Source: Macrostomum lignano
Lineage: Eukaryota
Direction: 5' to 3'
DNA length: 64,000 nucleotides
NCBI GenBank assembly: GCA_002269645.1
Contig: NIVC01002314.1
Coordinates: 62,001-126,000 of the forward strand
Part shown: piece by piece, positions 61,196-64,000 of the stretch
Layout of the letters: every line of letters begins with the position of its first letter
How positions within the stretch are numbered: the first letter of the stretch is position 1
Position numbers and translations under genes: made by a program
Notes under the pieces: generated by a model
The model's database searches: none
Told to the model about the DNA's origin: nothing
Seen by the model: only the letters and a program-made list of their open reading frames with translations

Positions 61196-61872
61196 GTAGG
61201 GTGAGATACTTCTGAGTAGGCTCAGAGAATAGGGTGAGATACTTCAGAGTAGGCTCAGAGAGTAGGGTGAGATACTTCAGAGTAGGCTCAGAGAGTAGGG
61301 TGAAATACTTCAGAGTAGGCTCAGAGAGTAGGGTGAGATACTTCAGAGTAGGCTCAGAGAGTAGGGTGAGATACTTCAGGGTAGGCTCAGAGAATAGAGT
61401 GAGATACTTCAGAGTAGGCTCAGAGAGTAGGGTGAGATACTTCAGGGTAGGCTCAGAGAATAGAGTGGGATACTTCAGAGTAGGCTCAGAGAGTAGGGTG
61501 AGATACTTCAGAGTAGGCTCAGAGAGTAGGGTGAGATACTTCAGAGTAGGCTCAGAGAGTAGGGTGAAATACTTCAGGGTAGTCTCAGAGAATAGAGTGA
61601 GTTAATTCAGAGTAGGCTCAGAGAGTAGGGTGAAATACTTCAGGGTAGGCTCAGAGAATAGGGTGAGATACTTCAGAGTAGGCTCAGAGAGTAGGGTGAG
61701 ATACTTCAGAGTAGGCTCAGAGAATAGGGTGAGATACTTCAGAGTAGGCTCAGAGAGTAGGGTGAGATACTTCAGAGTAGGCTCAGAGAGTAGGGTGAGA
61801 TACTTCAGAGTAGGCTCAGAGAGTAGGGTGAGATACTTCAGAGTAGGCTCAGAGAGTAGAGTGAGATACTTC
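61196..61872. repeat. 33-bp minisatellite GAGTAGGGTGAGATACTTCAGAGTAGGCTCAGA
   Basis: About 20 copies. Confidence 0.95.
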
Positions 61873-63355
61873 GGTACAAGATTAAGAGATGGGATTAACA
61901 GAGGCTCATTATGGCATGAAAAAGCAGGAAATTAAAATGATTAAAAGGACTAGCTCTGTTCTTGAAGTAGTTGAAAATATTCACACAGGCACAGGCCGTA
62001 TTATAACAAGCAGAATAAGCGGTCGCGCAAATCTAAACGGGTTTGGGTTAAAAAGAAAGTACGAAGCAGACACCCAAACACCGGAATAATACAACTGGAT
62101 GATGAGATATTTTTTATCATTGACAAACACAAAATAAAAAAATTAGATTAGATGAGCAACAAAGGGGGCAGCGGATGCTAAAAATGAGGAATAAATAAAT
62201 GAATAAACAAATTGATACATGCACAGCAAGGCGCAGCAAATAAAATTGTCAAATATAGTAAATCAACGCACAGTTTTTGGCAACTATAGGAAATGAAATA
62301 TTTATACCAAGTAAATATCGATATAACCTGCCAGATGAAAACGGGGCACCCAGGCCAAGAAACGCCAAGTAAAATGGGAAACACGTGACTCTACACTACA
62401 ACTCTAAAACGACAAGATTTCAACGAGTCGCTTAAAAGTCAATTTGAGGCGTTCTATTGTCTGCCAATCTGATGCCCTTCTATAATGACTTCTGCAACAC
62501 ACGTGATGCGCTCGTGACTTAACAATCGTCTTCTCAACGGGTTGGAAAATTATAGTTAATTTACACATCATAACATTCATGTATAAAATATTAATAACTC
62601 AATCAATAATAGTTTACAGAAGAAATAGAACCACTATTTACAATGCATTCTGTGATCAATTAATAAAGTGAACAAGTTGATTGTGATAGTAGTTACATAT
62701 AGCATTATATATATATGAATATATATTATTTACATTATTAATATCAAAGAAATCAACATTCTTGATACAGAATGGGGGACAATAGACAAAATACTAAGAT
62801 GTAAAAGGTTCGGGATTTAGTAGCTTTTGTTTAAAAAAAGATGGGTGTTAAAACGGCCCTTTTTAGACGCGAGTTTTGCTATACTTTTCTTGTTCTTATT
62901 AATATTTAGAATTTACTAATATATATTTTCTTGTTTTCTTTACCATTACCTGCAGCTTAAACTTGGGAGTCTGTTTCAAGGACTCCTGAAACAGCAAAGC
63001 ATTGTTCTTGCTTTCGATAGGAGGCAGAACCAATGCTCATCTTTTGATATGTTGTGCCTTTCAATTGCAATAGCAATTTTTGTGGTGAAAAAATGAAATA
63101 CAAAAATGCTGCGTAGTGTATTTTTCGGCGAAAACCGGCCTTTTATGAAGCATTTTCTAAGAAACATAGTGTCCCGTCCTACTTGAGTAGTCCTTAGACT
63201 GTTTCCGTAGAATATATTACACGAGTGCACAAAACGGCCCTTTTAAGGCACCCTGCAATTTTATAAAATGTGCTAAACTAACTTTAATCGAATGCTATAT
63301 AGTAGAATAGATAACTACGATTAATATAAGGCAAAGCGTGCAATTTCTTTTTATC

Positions 63356-63797
63356 TCACAGCGGAGTGACATAGCGGCACTGCGACAATGCAATACTGGC
63401 TAGCAGTGGCAAATCATTCGGATGCGTGTGCAGACAGGCGGCCAGCTGGTCCCGGTCCATTGGCGGACAGCAGCGCAGCACGGCGGCCAGGGCTCTGCCA
63501 AGGCGCTCAATCCGCTGCAGGCAGGACTCGATGTGGGCCAGACAGGCGGCCGGCGGTGCGCCAAGGTCCAGATGCCTGCAGGAGTCTTCCAGCATCGAGT
63601 GGACGGAGTAGGCTGGCACAACGGCGCCCAGATCGCGAACCACTGTGCTGTCAGCTGACAGAGATTTCACCGTCACAGTGAATCGATCGCAGTCCGCAAT
63701 GACCAGCACCGACTCGCTAATTGGCTCGTCGCAGACGTCGTGATCGAGAAAAAACCTTAGCTGCTCTTTTAGACCGCCCGGCGAGTCCAGGATTGAC
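63356..63797 (-). CDS. FNIP1: Folliculin-interacting protein (FNIP1/2), terminal exon
   Basis: After an acceptor CAG: ...DEPISESVLVIADCDRFTVTV...VHSML...CLAHIESCLQRI...DLPLLASIA..., matching the FNIP C-terminus (DEPIAEAVCIIAD.DKWTVQV...DLPLLAAVA). Upstream exons lie beyond the window. Confidence 0.85.
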
Positions 63798-63865
63798 CTG
63801 CGGATTAGTGCGAGTTTTGGTCTTCGTGTGCTGACTAACTTATCTGTCTAGATCTGTCTATCCAT

Positions 63866-63992
<127 letters not shown>

Positions 63993-64000
63993 CGAGTGTA

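Overview
Eukaryotic (animal) genomic DNA. GC-rich exons, AT-rich spacers and very dense minisatellites suggest an invertebrate; it resembles a free-living flatworm such as Macrostomum, but that is inference. Recognisable genes: two tandem TLCD3/FAM57-like TLC-domain paralogs, an intronless class A GPCR, an intronless SBK1-like kinase, a secreted C-type lectin with a frameshifted tail, a 3-exon FBXO4, two RPLP2 copies, the last exon of FNIP, a 5-exon orphan gene and two identical tRNA-Lys(UUU) genes. Mobile DNA: a decayed Tc1/mariner (DD37D-like) transposase, a deleted non-LTR (APE endonuclease) element, three tRNA-derived SINEs (one CORE-type) and a tandem Helitron-like unit. About a third of the window (about 21 kb, summed by eye) is tandem repeat, in more than 20 arrays that mostly have unrelated units. 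The main signal is two bounded domains (about 980-4700 and about 22320-25340) that are almost CpG-free, TpA/CTAG-rich and show one-directional C>T/G>A change at CpG and also CpA. This resembles fungal RIP but is in an animal genome, and it has internal controls: a SINE pair, a tandem duplicate and transposase motifs. All counts and alignments were done by eye.
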